A DNA stretch of 64,000 nucleotides from NCBI GenBank assembly GCA_951406725.2, contig OX597834.1, positions 12,214,001 through 12,278,000 on the forward strand. Reading direction: 5' to 3'. Positions within the stretch are counted from its first letter, which is position 1, and every line of letters begins with the position of its first letter. The notes beneath the pieces were generated by a model. The model made no database searches and was not told the DNA's origin. It worked only from the letters and a program-made list of their open reading frames with translations. The position numbers and the translations under genes are program-made. Source of the DNA: Octopus vulgaris (taxonomy: Eukaryota). Positions 26,596-40,050 of the stretch are shown here, in pieces.

Positions 26596-27579
26596 CACAC
26601 AAGGATTACTATGTGATACGAGTGTGTCTAAACAACAGCAAATTAAAAATACGACAGATTTCATTTCTCAAACACTTACAAGCGGGCGCACACGTACACA
26701 CACATTCCCTCACACACACAAACACGCGCACGTGTACGAACATACACACATTCTAGCACATCCTTACATACACACACACATACAACAGCCGTTCCAAAAA
26801 TCGACTCATTCATTACCAATTCTATTGTATTAAAACTTTTTAAACTGTGCTTGTCTCTTCTGGGCATCTGATAAATTTTCAATTGAAATTCTCTTACGAT
26901 TTATACGTCACTGTTTTCTTTCTTTCCTCCTTAAATCTCAGCATTTTCCTTTATACCATATTATTTTATTATTTTATATATATTTTCAAATGTGCCATAT
27001 TCTTCAATCGATTACAAGTGCTAATTGATTGATTCGTTTGCTTATTTCGTTGAATTTCATCTGTTAATTTTATATTCTTTTACGCCTTAATATTATTTCT
27101 TAAAATTTTATTTTATAACTGGAACTTTCTAGTACATGCGAATATTGAAAATAGAAATTAAATTTTATACCAATATATAATATGAAATAGACTGCGGCTC
27201 GTGTTGTACGGTTTTAGTTCGTTTCCATGTGCATATTTTATGTACTTATAGATTTAAAAGTGCGGGTATATATGTCTCTGTACGTGTGATTTTACATAAG
27301 CGTGTATTAGACGCACAGTTATATGTGCTATATATATATATATTTAAAGATAAATTAAATATAGAGATATTTTACTGACAATCCAATAATTTATTTATTA
27401 ATATTACAATATAACAATAAGTACTATGAATATAATATACAACATAACATAAATAATTATAAAAACCATGAAAGGACAAACAAATTGTTTCGACTTATAT
27501 ATATTTTTTCTGATATACATACTAACAGTTCTATTATACACGCACACATATATAGTCACTTCTTTTCCTCAGTTTGTTA

Positions 27580-27804
27580 CTATATGAATATGTATATATC
27601 TATATATGTATATATATATATATGTATAAATATGTATATATATGTATATGCATATATACATATATATATATGTATATATGTATATATATGTATATATATG
27701 TATATGCATATATAATATATATATATGTATATATGTATATATATGTATATATGTATTATGTTTATATGTATACATATGTATATATATATGTATATATATA
27801 TATG

Positions 27805-27837
<33 letters not shown>

Positions 27838-27880
27838 GTGTATATATATATATTTATATATATATATATATACATGCATA
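27580..27880. repeat. (TA)n/(TATG)n microsatellite
   Basis: Direct inspection. Confidence 0.95.
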
Positions 27881-29266
27881 TATGTGTGGAAGATTATGTT
27901 TGCGTGTGGTAATAAGTACTACGTCATATATAAATGTGTGTATGCGTAAGTGCGCGTGCGTACATGTGTGTCCTTATATGTAAGCATGTGTGTATGTGTA
28001 TTTGCGTATAGGTGAGTGTATTTATGTACAAGCGCATAATTTGACTCATATATTGTTCATTTTATACAACTTTGAATAGAAAGAAAAGCGTTCTTCGTTA
28101 GCGGACTCTCTCTATTTTTTATATACTGGATGCGAGAGTTCAGTATATAGTAGAAAATATTTATAAATGTATTCAATCGGAAATTGTGATATATTTTCAG
28201 AACATGTATGGAGGTGAGGCTTATACATCTACCTATGTAGGTGGCTTTGTTTATTATTATTATTATTATTGCTGTTTTTGTTGTTGTTTAATTCCGACTT
28301 GGCTCTCAATAAACTGATGTATATTGTAATTACTTTAAGTCAAACATTCTTATTCTTTTTTGCTAGTCAGGGATCAATTTCATTTCTATCATTAATTGCA
28401 TGGACGCTCCTAAACATTGGAGTTCCTTAAAAAGAAACCTTACTGTATCTTGTTAATAGAATATTAATAGGAATTTTATTTGAAAACAATTAACATAAAT
28501 CGTGTATTACAGAAGCATAACCAATTTAGTGCATATAGATTTAAAGAACAAAAGCTTACGTACACTCTAAGGGTCATGTGAACCCCGGTAGGCAAGCACT
28601 GGTTTAAAGTAAACTACTCAAAGCTGCTCCGAGTTTTAAGACAGAATTATTTCATCAACTTTTGATATCTTTTACTGGTAACTGGTTTACCAAGTTCTCC
28701 ACATATTTTGCCCTTCATCTTGTTTGTGATTTATTGGTTCCTCACGTTGTTGTTGACTGTTTGGTAGTTTTTAGTCCGGGGTCAATTTCATCCTATAGTC
28801 ATGTGAGAAAAAGCATTCCATCCGTAACCGCCACGGCATGTTCCTCTTGCATGTACTAGGTACCCGGATGCACATTACACAGCTCATTTAGCTTGATGAA
28901 CCGCGACCTCTTCTGGGTCAGAATTGCCTCTTATGGCACTTTTGGGATTTGATGAGGGCACTCCAGCCAGTCTTGTGGCTTGATGACAGAGTTTGTACAG
29001 ATTTTCTTCTTTTTTGTTTTGTTTTTAGTACATCAGTCAATTGAATACCACTAACTTTTACGTTTCTATAATGTTAAGATTAAATGAAATCTTTGATATT
29101 TTCAGTAATGAAAATTGCTATAATTGTCTTGATGTCTCGCTGGTTATTAACAAATAATCACCTTTGATCAAGTTGTCTCGTGGCACATATATAGTAAATT
29201 GAATAAGTATGTGCTAGCTCTACATTCATTGTCCCAGATATACATCACGTTCAATTTGTTTGCCGT

Positions 29267-29310
<44 letters not shown>

Positions 29311-29796
29311 GCTTATACATACTTAAAGACAAAGAGACAACTAAATAAATAGATAGAGAGTTGTCAGTTCTGAATATCGATTAACAAAGATAAGATTTGA
29401 TTTAGCTTATGAATATTATGGTTCCTGATGTAGACATAATGCGAAGAGTTTTGGTGTAGAAGGGTTAGTTATTGCCATCGATGATTGTATTTCGATGTTG
29501 TATCAGTTTCTCAATCCCTGCGGGGAATAAATACAAATTTAACATGGGCTGGATTTGAATCCACTGGGTAAAAATCAGGAACGATTGTTGCAAAGCCTTT
29601 TTCTCTGTGTGAAGTTTATTATTCAAAGTTAGTACTTTAGTGGTATCGAATTGTATTGAAACCAAAAGGATGAAACGCCGGGTTGATATCAACAGTATCT
29701 AAACCCAGAAACTAAAGAGCCGCTCAGCATGATATCCAACAGATTAAGGATTCCACCGGCTCAACATTCTAAGCCTACTAAAGACACGCAAAATTA

Positions 29797-30178
29797 TCTC
29801 TCTATATATAAACGGCAGTTTGTCTGTGCGTTTTCTGTGTGTCTGTTTTCTCGTACCCTCACTCCGACCACGGCTTTCAACCGATTCTGATGAAACTTGA
29901 CACACACATAGCCCAATGTCATAATTCAAAACTAACGCAGCGAAAATTTTGAAAAGTTCCCCCAGTTCTGAAAAAATCGATAAATTCGACATGGGGTCGA
30001 GAATCACAAACCCAAACCACAGACCGTCTAGGGGACGCAACTCCACCTTTTTAACTCTCAAAAAAAATTTACCATAATTTTTTTTCCATTTTTTTGCTAT
30101 TTTTTGGCTATAACTCTCTAAAAATGCTTTATAGTTATTTCCCTTACAAACCTGAGCAACGCCGGGCGATACTGCTAG
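29797..30178 (+). mobile_element. Non-autonomous Helitron
   Basis: A|TCtctctatatataaa at the 5' end. 3' hairpin cctgagcaacgccgggcg followed by CTAG|T. No target-site duplication. Confidence 0.88.
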
Positions 30179-30559
30179 TATTACATATCGTTATTTTCTA
30201 ATCCAACGTGAGACCTCCTGAAGCGGATAGGTGTACTAAGTCACTTTCTATAGAAGCACAATTGGTAAAGTATTCTACGTCATGAGACCTTCCACAACAA
30301 TTTCCCTTCTCGGTTGTGGTCTGCGTCAACAATTACTTCGATAAGAGTTTGGTGAGGACTCAAATAAATTGAAATGTGTATGATATAAGAAGAAAAAATG
30401 CTATAAATTCTGTACTACTTGTTTACTAAAATAAGGCCAACTTGCAAAAGAAGAACTTCGAAGTAAACCACAGGACAATTATAAAATTACGCACGTTTTA
30501 AACGACCAACAATACCAATATCTTTACCGCGATCGATAGCCTTTTTTGTCTCACATCCA

Positions 30560-30865
30560 ACACCACCATCCTCCTCATCCTCCTCCCTATCATCATCATG
30601 ATCAGCGTCCTACTGGTGCTGTAGTAGTCACGTGTTATAGTCTATGTCATCACCATCATCATCAACAATATCAACATCATTATCATCAACATCGTTATCA
30701 CCTTGATCATCATCATCACATCATCAGCTTTCTCATTATTATCGCCATCCCGTCTCCATCCTTCCCTTCTCTCCTTTTACGTCGCCATTATATTCATCTT
30801 CGCTCTCACCATCAGTAATACAGACCGTAACACCTTCTTCAACCACCACAATCACCTTCACCGAC
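30560..30865. repeat. Degenerate (CAT/CAC)n low-complexity tract
   Basis: Direct inspection. Confidence 0.85.
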
Positions 30866-31376
30866 AACAGGCAGAAACAACACACAATATTCCGGCAAGA
30901 GCAATAATGAACGACTATAACGTGACCACGATTTTGATGATTAGATGATCAACCAAAATATTCGGTGGCACAAGTTAATATCTTGGTTTGACGTAAAGGC
31001 TGACCCAGTTAGACAAAGGATATACCGCACAGAATCCTCTTTCATAAATCACGTGAAGATGAGAAGCAAAGATTTCCCTTGTGAGATATTAGACCTCAAA
31101 CGAAAGACACAAAATTGCAAATTGTAAGGCAGCTATCTACTTCAATTTACATCATTTCACAAGACTCCAACGTCTTTCGCCAATACTACACACATGCACG
31201 CGCATGTACACATGTGTGCGAGCATGCGCATAGTCACACGAACTGAGACACACAAGCATGTATGCAGGGAAAAACGTTCATTACTCTCTACTTTAATTTA
31301 TATTCAACGAAATTGCAAATACTCAATCATGAATTTGTGTTAGCGTATGCATATGCGTACGTGTTATTTTTGTATG

Positions 31377-31410
<34 letters not shown>

Positions 31411-31677
31411 CGTACATATACAGATATTTACATAAAGAGAGAGAAAGACAGAAAGAAGGAATAGAGTGAGATAGATAGACAGAGATAGCTATATGTGTGT
31501 ATGTATGCATACATGTATGTATGTATATGTATATATATATATGCATATTCACGGTTGTCCCAATGCGCGAGGAACACTCTCATCTGCGTTTCCGCTGTGG
31601 AATGGTTTTCATGATAGACTGTTTCATACAGAATTAACAAGGAAACTTATACACATATATCGATATATATATATATA

Positions 31678-31984
31678 GTAAGGAAAAATTTTTTTAAAAA
31701 TGCAGAATGCTCAAATGAAAGAAAATTTTAATAAAATGAGAAAATGATAAAATATATAAATATATATATTTATTCAACCGGTTTTCGTCAATGTATGACT
31801 TGTCAAGAATATTTATGTTTTAAGAAGTTTTTTTAAAATTAGAAAGGGGAAAAAAAGAAAATTGCAATGTTTTTTGTAAAAGAATAATGATAAAAATGTA
31901 CAAAAATTAAAAAATAAGTTCTCCGATACATTGTGAGTTCGTTGTGTATCTTGAGTTTTATGGTTGTTTACCAAAAAATTACCA

Positions 31985-31985
<1 letters not shown>
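31678..31985 (-). mobile_element. Penelope-type short element between (TA)n tracts, with a hammerhead-like motif at 31771-31811
   Basis: Minus strand reads tattc-TTGACAA-gtca tacat tgac-GAAA-accggt-T-gaata. Confidence 0.6.
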
Positions 31986-32040
<55 letters not shown>

Positions 32041-32390
32041 GCACCATACATACATACATACATACACGCACCGGTACATATATGGACCTGCATATATATG
32101 TACGCATAATATATGTATCTGTGTAAGTGTTAGTGTTCGCGTTTTCTGTTCGATGCTGTAGGCACCACGGTCCCTCTTGAAAAGCATTCTACGGCTGAAA
32201 CGAATTATCACGCGCACGGTACTTCTCCTCACGAGACGGGACTACAATATGGTGTGCGTGCGCGCGTGTGTGTGTCTATATATATATATTATATGAAAAT
32301 GTACCTATATCTGTCTAGGAATATATTTTTAAATCCATAACATTGACTGATTTGGCTAAGACGTCTGTATTTAAACTATACATATATATA

Positions 32391-32782
32391 TATGAAGGAA
32401 GGCTGAAGACGCTCGACCTTTATTGTCTAGAAAAACGACGACGCCGTGCTGATCTCATTCTCGCCCACAACATCATAAGCGGAAAGTGTAACCTCTCGAA
32501 AGAGCTGTTCTTCACTCCTGCTCCAGAGCGTCGGCTGCGGGGTCACTCGAAAAATCTCTATCTGCGACGATTTCATCTCAATCGAAGGAGAGGAGCTTTC
32601 TCCGTCCGGGTTGCGGATCCGTGGAATAAGCTGCCGGACGAGATAGTGAAGATGCCGACGACCGCTCGGTTCAAAGTTTCCCTTGACCAGAAATGGCCTG
32701 AACTCTTTACATGAACACCCTCCCTGTACATAACTCCATGACCCCCTACATGGCCTTGCTTTTGCTTTTTGAGCCAAAAAAT

Positions 32783-32788
<6 letters not shown>
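32391..32788 (+). mobile_element. CR1/L2-type LINE 3' end inserted in (TA)n; ORF2 C-terminus open
   Basis: YEGRLKTLDLYCLEKRRRRADLILAHNII...LRGHSKNL...FSVRVADPWNKLPDEIV...FKVSLD*. Confidence 0.92.
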
Positions 32789-32825
<37 letters not shown>

Positions 32826-33679
32826 TTTAACATCCGTTTTGTAAAGATTCCTTTCATAAAAGTTTTGGTCTATACCGAGGTGATGAAGAATTCATTCCGA
32901 AAACTTAGATTTGTGAAACGATTGAATTTGTTATTGAATTTTTTGGCTTCATTTTCTGGGTGCATTCTTTGAAAATGAATATACGAAGACGGAAATGAAG
33001 GGAAGGGAAGTATGAAATTTCCTTAGTAAAATAATACCTGAAAAATTATATAGTTACATCAATTATTTCCTTCTCAATTATTTCCTTCTTTTAGTCAATA
33101 TTCAAAATAGCTTGACAGAAATTTCAAACTATCGTCTGAAACTATAGTATTCGAAGGTGAGAATAGTTCGAAAGATAAAGATGAGAATGGATCACTTAGG
33201 TATACAATGCTGTAAAAGAAAATAAGGTTGGAAAAATAATACATAAAATAGTCTAAATAATAGATCACTCTTAATTCGTTTCTGATATATTGCGATAATA
33301 TATTTAAAGCTGATTAGCTTAAAACTAGTTCAATATGCGATGGGACTTAGCTTTCTTGTTTCAAAATATGTCGTCAGATTTGATAACGTAAAGAAGAGCA
33401 GAAAGTAAAACTAGTTTTGATTGTAAAATATTAGACTATATTCCGAGTCGTTGATAGCAAACAGAGTGAACTGTTCGTATTGGAACATCTGGTGCGAATG
33501 CGAAGCGGTCCTACATGTCGTTTCCAAATATTGGGGAGAGTGGATTACGTCATGGTTTTGTATTTTCTACAGAATGTACCGATGTGACCCTACTATACTA
33601 TGTAATCGAAAGAATCAGATACAAACAAAGCACATGCGCGAAATACAAAGTATAAAATGGCGACAATTTACTCATCGCA

Positions 33680-33685
33680 AAATGT

Positions 33686-33716
<31 letters not shown>

Positions 33717-33744
33717 ATGTATACATTTATACATACATATGTTA

Positions 33745-33784
<40 letters not shown>

Positions 33785-33932
33785 GTATACATTTATACAT
33801 ACATATGTTATGCACATATATATATATAGTGTATACATTTATACATACATATGTTATGCATATATATATAATATATACATTTATACATGTTATGTATATA
33901 TATATATATAAATATAATCTATACATTCATAC

Positions 33933-33969
<37 letters not shown>

Positions 33970-34010
33970 TAATGTATACATTTATACATACATATGTTAT
34001 ATATATATAT
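33680..34010. repeat. Higher-order repeat of taatgtatacatttatacatacatatgttatg separated by (TA)n
   Basis: The unit is seen about 5 times. Confidence 0.85.
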
Positions 34011-34664
34011 ACATACGTGTGTGTGTATTTATATATGTATAAATATGTACATATATATACGTATGTATACTCACATACACATATCGGTACATCTGTGCAT
34101 ATTGATATGTGTATATATGCGGACCTGCACGTGTAAGAATATCCGCTGTTTTTTTTTGTTTTGTACACTTCCCTTTGGTTTTAGATGCTGTACTTCTTAT
34201 TTTGTTTGTTTTTGTTTTATTTCCTTTTATATTTTTCTCGGATACTATTCCAAAAATAAGTGATCGCATGAAGAGATTACAACTTCCCACCGGAAGGATA
34301 ATAAATGTTTAATTCGGTATGATGAGTGTATATATGATTCCCATTGACCGTACGTCTATATGATTGTGTATATAAATCCCAGAGCAGATGTGCCTAGCTA
34401 TGTTACTCTATTTGTGTGTATATGCTGCATATAAATGCCAGCATGTATATATGTCTGTATGTAGATGTTTACATATACATATATATATACACACACATAT
34501 ATATATATATATATATATTAACGCACACATACACACGAAAATGTCTATATATATATATTGTGTAGAGTAATATCTGTGCTGTAGGCAATTTTCTAGCATT
34601 TTTTTCGGTTAATGTGTGTTTTGTTCGTCACAGAGTTTCTGTATGTGTATAACTCCTTAGATAT

Positions 34665-34722
<58 letters not shown>

Positions 34723-34863
34723 GTGTATAAATATGCATATATAATATAATATATATAAATACATGCAGGTAAAAATACATGTGTGTTTGTACAAATATAT
34801 ATACATATATTTATATATATGTATATGTGTGTATAGATGTTTATATCTATATGTATATATATC

Positions 34864-34896
<33 letters not shown>

Positions 34897-35057
34897 TGCA
34901 CACATTTTTTCTCTCCTTGTTTTTTTTCTCTGTGTCCCTTTCTGTAGAAGAGCGTAGGCTCGAAACGTAAAGTACCTTTTCTCTTCCTGAGCGTCATACT
35001 AATACATCTGTTTGTTTTGTACACCGCCTGTCTTCGTCTTTTTTTTTCGTAAACTCT

Positions 35058-35060
<3 letters not shown>
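34897..35060 (+). mobile_element. Penelope-type short element with a hammerhead-like motif (34938-34972)
   Basis: cttt-CTGTAGA-A-GAGCgtagGCTC-GAAACGTA-aag, flanked by (TA)n. Homologous to 53508-53695. Confidence 0.72.
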
Positions 35061-35113
<53 letters not shown>

Positions 35114-35119
35114 ATCTAT

Positions 35120-35375
35120 AGGCGAAAGAGTGGCTGTGTGGTAAGTAGCTTGTTTACCAACCACATATTTCCGGGTTCAGTCGCACTGGGTGACACCTTG
35201 GGCAAGTGTCTTCTACTATAACTTTGGACCGACAAAAGCCTTGAGGGTGGATTTGCTAGGCGGAAACTGAAAGAAGCCCGTCGTATATACACACATATAC
35301 ATATATATATGTTTGTGTATCTGTGTTTGTCACCCCACAATTGCTTGACAAACGGTGTTGATGTGTTTACATTCC
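35120..35375 (+). mobile_element. SINE family A, 3'-truncated
   Basis: Head and CORE-like segment are present. Confidence 0.85.
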
Positions 35376-35561
35376 TGGAATATGTACTAGGCATTTGTGA
35401 GTGTCTGTGTGTGTGTGTGTGCGTGCGTGCTTGTGTGGGAGTGTGTTTGTGCATCTTAGTTTGTTTTTGTGTGTGGGTGTTTAATTTACTGAGATGACAC
35501 TGACTGCAGTCATTCAATGCTGTTTAAAATACGAAAATTAATGTAAATTTACTCCCGAATC

Positions 35562-35573
35562 CACGTGACGTCA
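35562..35573. promoter_or_regulatory. Overlapping E-box and full CRE (CACGTGACGTCA)
   Basis: Exact motif in unique sequence; function untested. Confidence 0.25.
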
Positions 35574-35789
35574 AATTTCCTCCATCACTCACTTTCTTTC
35601 CCTCACACACTATTTATCTCCACCTCTCCCTCTTTCTCACCCTCTCTATTTCTCTCCCTTCTCTCTCCCCCCCCCCACACACACACGCACTCTCCCTATT
35701 ACATTATTTCATTATTTCGTAGTTAATATTTTTGTTTATTTTTTTTTATTTTTCGTTGTTATCTCATGAATAGTTGTGATAAGAATTAT

Positions 35790-35878
35790 TCATCTTTTCT
35801 TTTAATCTTTCGTCACATTTTTCGTCAATTTTCTTTTGATATTCGATTTCTTTTGTCTTTACCTCTTTTGTTTCAGGT
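35790..35878 (+). other. Strong candidate 3' splice site
   Basis: Long T-rich tract ending ctttacctcttttgtttcag|GT at 35876/35877. Confidence 0.4.
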
Positions 35879-36067
35879 GCCAAGTTACATGACATGAATT
35901 ACAAGCGAGTGTGAAAACGAAACTAACCAAAACCGTAAAACAATTACTAAATGAATAACAAAAATAAAAATCAATTTCCAATCGCTCTCGATACTTAAAA
36001 CATCATTAATTGCAACATCAACAATATTATTTTTTAAAATAATATAAATATTAATATTAATAAATCA

Positions 36068-36515
36068 TAATGATGCTGCTGCTACTGATGGTGATGATGA
36101 TGATGAGGAGGAGGATGATGATGATGGTGGTGATGTCATTGTATTCCATCATAACGCTCTTCCAGTAGCTGCGGTTAATGACGATAATGACGATGATAAT
36201 TATGTTGCTGCAGATGATGGTGATGATGATGATGCTGATGATAATGTCATAGGTAATGATGGTGAGGACGAAGTGAAAGAGAAGAAGAAAAGGAAAAAGT
36301 GGAAGAAAGGAAGGAGAAGATGGAGAAGAAGAAGAAGGAGGAGAAGAAGGAGAAGAAGAATGAGAAGAAGAATGAGAAGAAGAATGAGAAGAAGAAGGAG
36401 AAGAAGAAGGAGAAGAAGAAGGACAAGAAGAAGAAGAAGGACAAGAAGAAGAAGAAGGACAAGAAGAAGAAGGACAAGAAGAAGAAGGACAAGAAGAAGA
36501 GGAAGGAGAAGTAGA
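36068..36515. repeat. (GAT)n followed by a (GAA/AAG)n purine tract
   Basis: Direct inspection. Confidence 0.92.
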
Positions 36516-36929
36516 GGAAGAGCCTGCTGATGCGAGTGATTAAAATGTTGTGGATGATGATGTCACTGATGGTAGTGGTGGTGGTGATGGTGGTGTTTCT
36601 TAACTCAAGAGTTTGCCACATTTGCAGGAATGTGACTACACATCCATTCACTTCTATCGAACCCACAAATCTTTTTCAGCTGCACTACTTCAAAGACCTG
36701 TGAATTTAACCTGGGGTAGATTTCAACTCAGAACTCGCAAAAGTAACACACCTCTCAGAATTTCTGTTTTTCTTGCTGAGGTGGTAACTTTAGATTACAT
36801 TGATAAGACAATTTGATTTTTAACTAGAGCACTATTGTCTCGAGCCTTTGTGGCTTTTTATAAATGAAGTTCACATAGGATGGATTTGAAGTTCGAAATA
36901 ATAAAAACACAATTACCCTTAATAATGTT

Positions 36930-37052
36930 TCAAAATTTTGACACAAAGGCAGTTATGTCAGGGAGGAGTAAGACAATGAGATCGACCCCAGTACGCAAAT
37001 GGTACTCGTTTTACCGACACCGAAATGATGAAATTGGTGAAATTTGAACTCA
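36930..37052 (-). mobile_element. SINE family B, degenerate fragment
   Basis: atcgaccccagtacgcaaatggtactcgttttaccgacaccgaaatgatgaaa. Confidence 0.6.
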
Positions 37053-38228
37053 GGAAATGTAAAATAAAACGAAAAGTGGGTTGGCTTCGTTAACATGTAA
37101 CTATAAAGTTATAATTTACTAAAAGTACTTCGAAGGATATAAACTAGAAAAAAATTTTGACTGTTAAACGAAGATGCATGAAGTTCGGATTCAATACTGT
37201 TAGTTACTTCTTATATTAAGTTTTAATTGAAATGAAATAAATACGGAAACGGAATATAAAATACGATGGAACTTAAGAGAAGAAGATATATTTCTGACAA
37301 TTATCGTCTTCCTCATAACATTTTATATTCACTGAAATATTTATAGCTTTCCCGTAATAATTTTCAATATTTCACTGCAATTTCTTAAAAAGGAAAATGA
37401 ATATTATTTCCTATTTTTGTTAGTGTGATAGGAATTATTTTCCACGGAAATAACGTAAAAATGGAACTCAAGAAAATTCTTTGGCAGTAAATTTATGTTA
37501 TCTATATTTACCTGGTGAATATTATTATCGACAAATATTGAAAACACAATTAGTATTTACTTGTTAGCATGTCGCTAGTAAAAGTCGAAAAGTGGTATGT
37601 TATTTTCAAAAGTAAACTCTTCGATGCATTTGAACGTACACTAATCACACAAAAACGTGACTAATAGAATAAATTTGAATATTTGCATTTATTTCAGATA
37701 TATTAAATTTACATTTTCTTATATAATACTATAAGTGAATTCGATGTCCGGTAGATTTATTTTTTTCTAAGCCCCCCCCCCCCCCATCAATTTTGGTCCG
37801 CTATGCTTCAACGGTACCATTGACAAGCGTTTCATTGCATGTGAGTTTGATTGATCTAATTTATCAAAATAGAAAAGCCATGTCATGTACATGTCATGGT
37901 ATATGCCACACATATACACATGCATATATAGATTCAATTAATCCAATGCTACGCAAAAAGAAAAGCTTCTTACTACATCATATAACAAAATATAAAGAAT
38001 ATATGCTACAAGAATAAACAATGAAAATAAGTAGAATATAATACAATAAATTGTCTCTACATGTCTTTAGTTTCGAAACAATTGTGATTTAAGAATTCCC
38101 AATGGTTAAATAAATTTTATCATACTATGCCTCTCGTTATTTAAAATTGAATGTGAATATGTATATATACATATATATATTATATATATATATTATATAT
38201 ATCTATATTATATATATGTTATATATAT

Positions 38229-38236
<8 letters not shown>

Positions 38237-38325
<89 letters not shown>

Positions 38326-38358
38326 TGTGGTGTGGTGTGGTGTGGTGTGTGTGTGTGT
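38237..38358. repeat. Long (TG)n microsatellite
   Basis: More than 40 perfect TG units followed by (TGTGG)n. Confidence 0.97.
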
Positions 38359-38769
38359 GAGAGAGAGAACACAGTAGCTAGGCCATAATCAACTTGCTAC
38401 ATATAAATCTAACCTTGATGTTATAAACAGTCCCCTCATATGTTATTATTCATTCCATGCGATGTAAAAATCTTATTTCCTTTGCTTCAACATTTAACTT
38501 CTATATGTTATTATCAAATATCTGTAGCTGTCATGTATATATTTTTTTCTCTTTATCGTGCAAAGCGATATCGTTTCTGCTGTAGTTAGGCTGATAAAAG
38601 GTAGAACTGCATACAGTGGATCAACAGATAAATTTCTTGTCAATTCTATCACCGAATCTCAAATCATGATCTAAAGAAATGCTAAACGAATTTTATGTAG
38701 AACAAACTACTCTATATGAATGCATTTTGGTAGGAAACTCAATAATAACATACAGTGTACTTTAATACT

Positions 38770-39170
38770 AGAAGAGAGTAAGAGGTGGGGAAAGGTTTTT
38801 TAACAGGAGGAAGTGTGCGAAAGCAATGGGAGGCAAATAAGACGGAATCACATCGACGTGAGACGCAGTGGGTTAGCAGAGCATTATAACGTGCTTGAAA
38901 TCATAAGGGAGAGTAGGGTGAAGGCCATGTGGATGGCTGTGTAGCAGCGGAGGTTGTCTAAATGTGGATATCGATCAGGTGGAGCGAGCCCTGGAAGGAG
39001 CAGTACTGACAGGGAAGACGCTAAATGGACGCATATTGTGGCTCGATCAGCTCCGGCTGGGTCGCCTTGGGGAAGTTGCCATACGTTGAAAGAACAAACA
39101 CGCTGAATGGTAACATGGAAATATCACTGATGGGGTATCCAGGGGCATCACGGGATGATGAATGGGAAAA
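38770..39170 (-). mobile_element. Old, degenerate LINE (CR1/L2-like) ORF2 relic
   Basis: GC-richer island. The minus strand has only a faint, frameshifted resemblance to a LINE ORF2 C-terminus. Confidence 0.35.
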
Positions 39171-39172
39171 CT

Positions 39173-39398
39173 AGGGCGGTGAGCTGGCAAGATCGTTAGC
39201 ACGCCGGGCGAAATCTTTTGCGGTATTTCGTCTGCCGTTACGTTCGAATTCCGCCGAGGTCGACTTTGCCTTTCATCCTTTCGTGGTCGATTAAATGAGT
39301 ACCAGTTACGCATTGGGGTCGATATAATCGACTTAATCTGTTTGCCTGTCCTTGTTTGTCCCCTCGGGGTTTAACCCCTTGTAGGCAATAAAGAAATA
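39173..39398 (+). mobile_element. SINE family B, full length
   Basis: ggcggtgagctggcaagatcgttagcacgccgggcgaaat...gcctttcatcctttcgtggtcgattaaatgagtaccag...ccccttgtaggcaataaagaaata. Confidence 0.9.
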
Positions 39399-39559
39399 GA
39401 ATGGGAAGACTAGGAACTCCTACGCAAATGAAATATTCTCTCGTACATTTTCTTGACGGTGGACTTCGCTCTGAAATTCGCATTGATGTTGAAATTGTGA
39501 GTGCATCTGTAGTAGTTTAAACACTCCAGTTTAAACTTTGTGCCACAAAGATGGCCTTT

Positions 39560-40016
39560 CCAGAACTTGGTAAGCTCAAGTTAGATCCGTGTTGTACATC
39601 TGGCAGCTACTCCGACGTCTGGCAGCTGACTTGGCAGACACCCATAAAATTATTAACCATCTTATTAACAATAACTCTGAGCACCTTTTCAAACTCCACC
39701 AGTCTAACACCCGTGGACATGTTTACAAAGTCAGAAAACAGCACAGCTCCCATGATTTTCGGAAACATTTCTTCACGCTAAGAGTTGCTGAAACATGGAA
39801 CAAACTGCCGGCATCAGTTGTTAGTTGTCGGAGCACTGCATCCTTTAAAACTTCCATGCTTCCTGAGATTCGCCTGATTTTTCTCCCCTCCATACACACG
39901 CAAGCATGTACCTGACTCATACACTGTTCACTTTCCAGACATTTGTACATTACTGCATGTGCTTTATACGCACTTTTGACAAATTGTAGTGCACCTGAGC
40001 ACTGTATACAATAATT

Positions 40017-40047
<31 letters not shown>

Positions 40048-40050
40048 CAT
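39560..40050 (+). mobile_element. CR1/L2-type LINE 3' end with an (ATT)n tail
   Basis: LRRLAADLADTHKIINH...NTRGHVYKVRKQHSSHDFRKHFFTLRVAETWNKLPASVVSCRSTASFK. Confidence 0.9.

Noticed and set aside
28655-28995. GC-richer island, possibly a retroelement 5' end
   Set aside because: Single copy in the window, with no motif that I can assign with confidence.
36247-36666. Poly-Lys/Arg/Phe ORFs
   Set aside because: Produced by a (GAA)n-type simple repeat.
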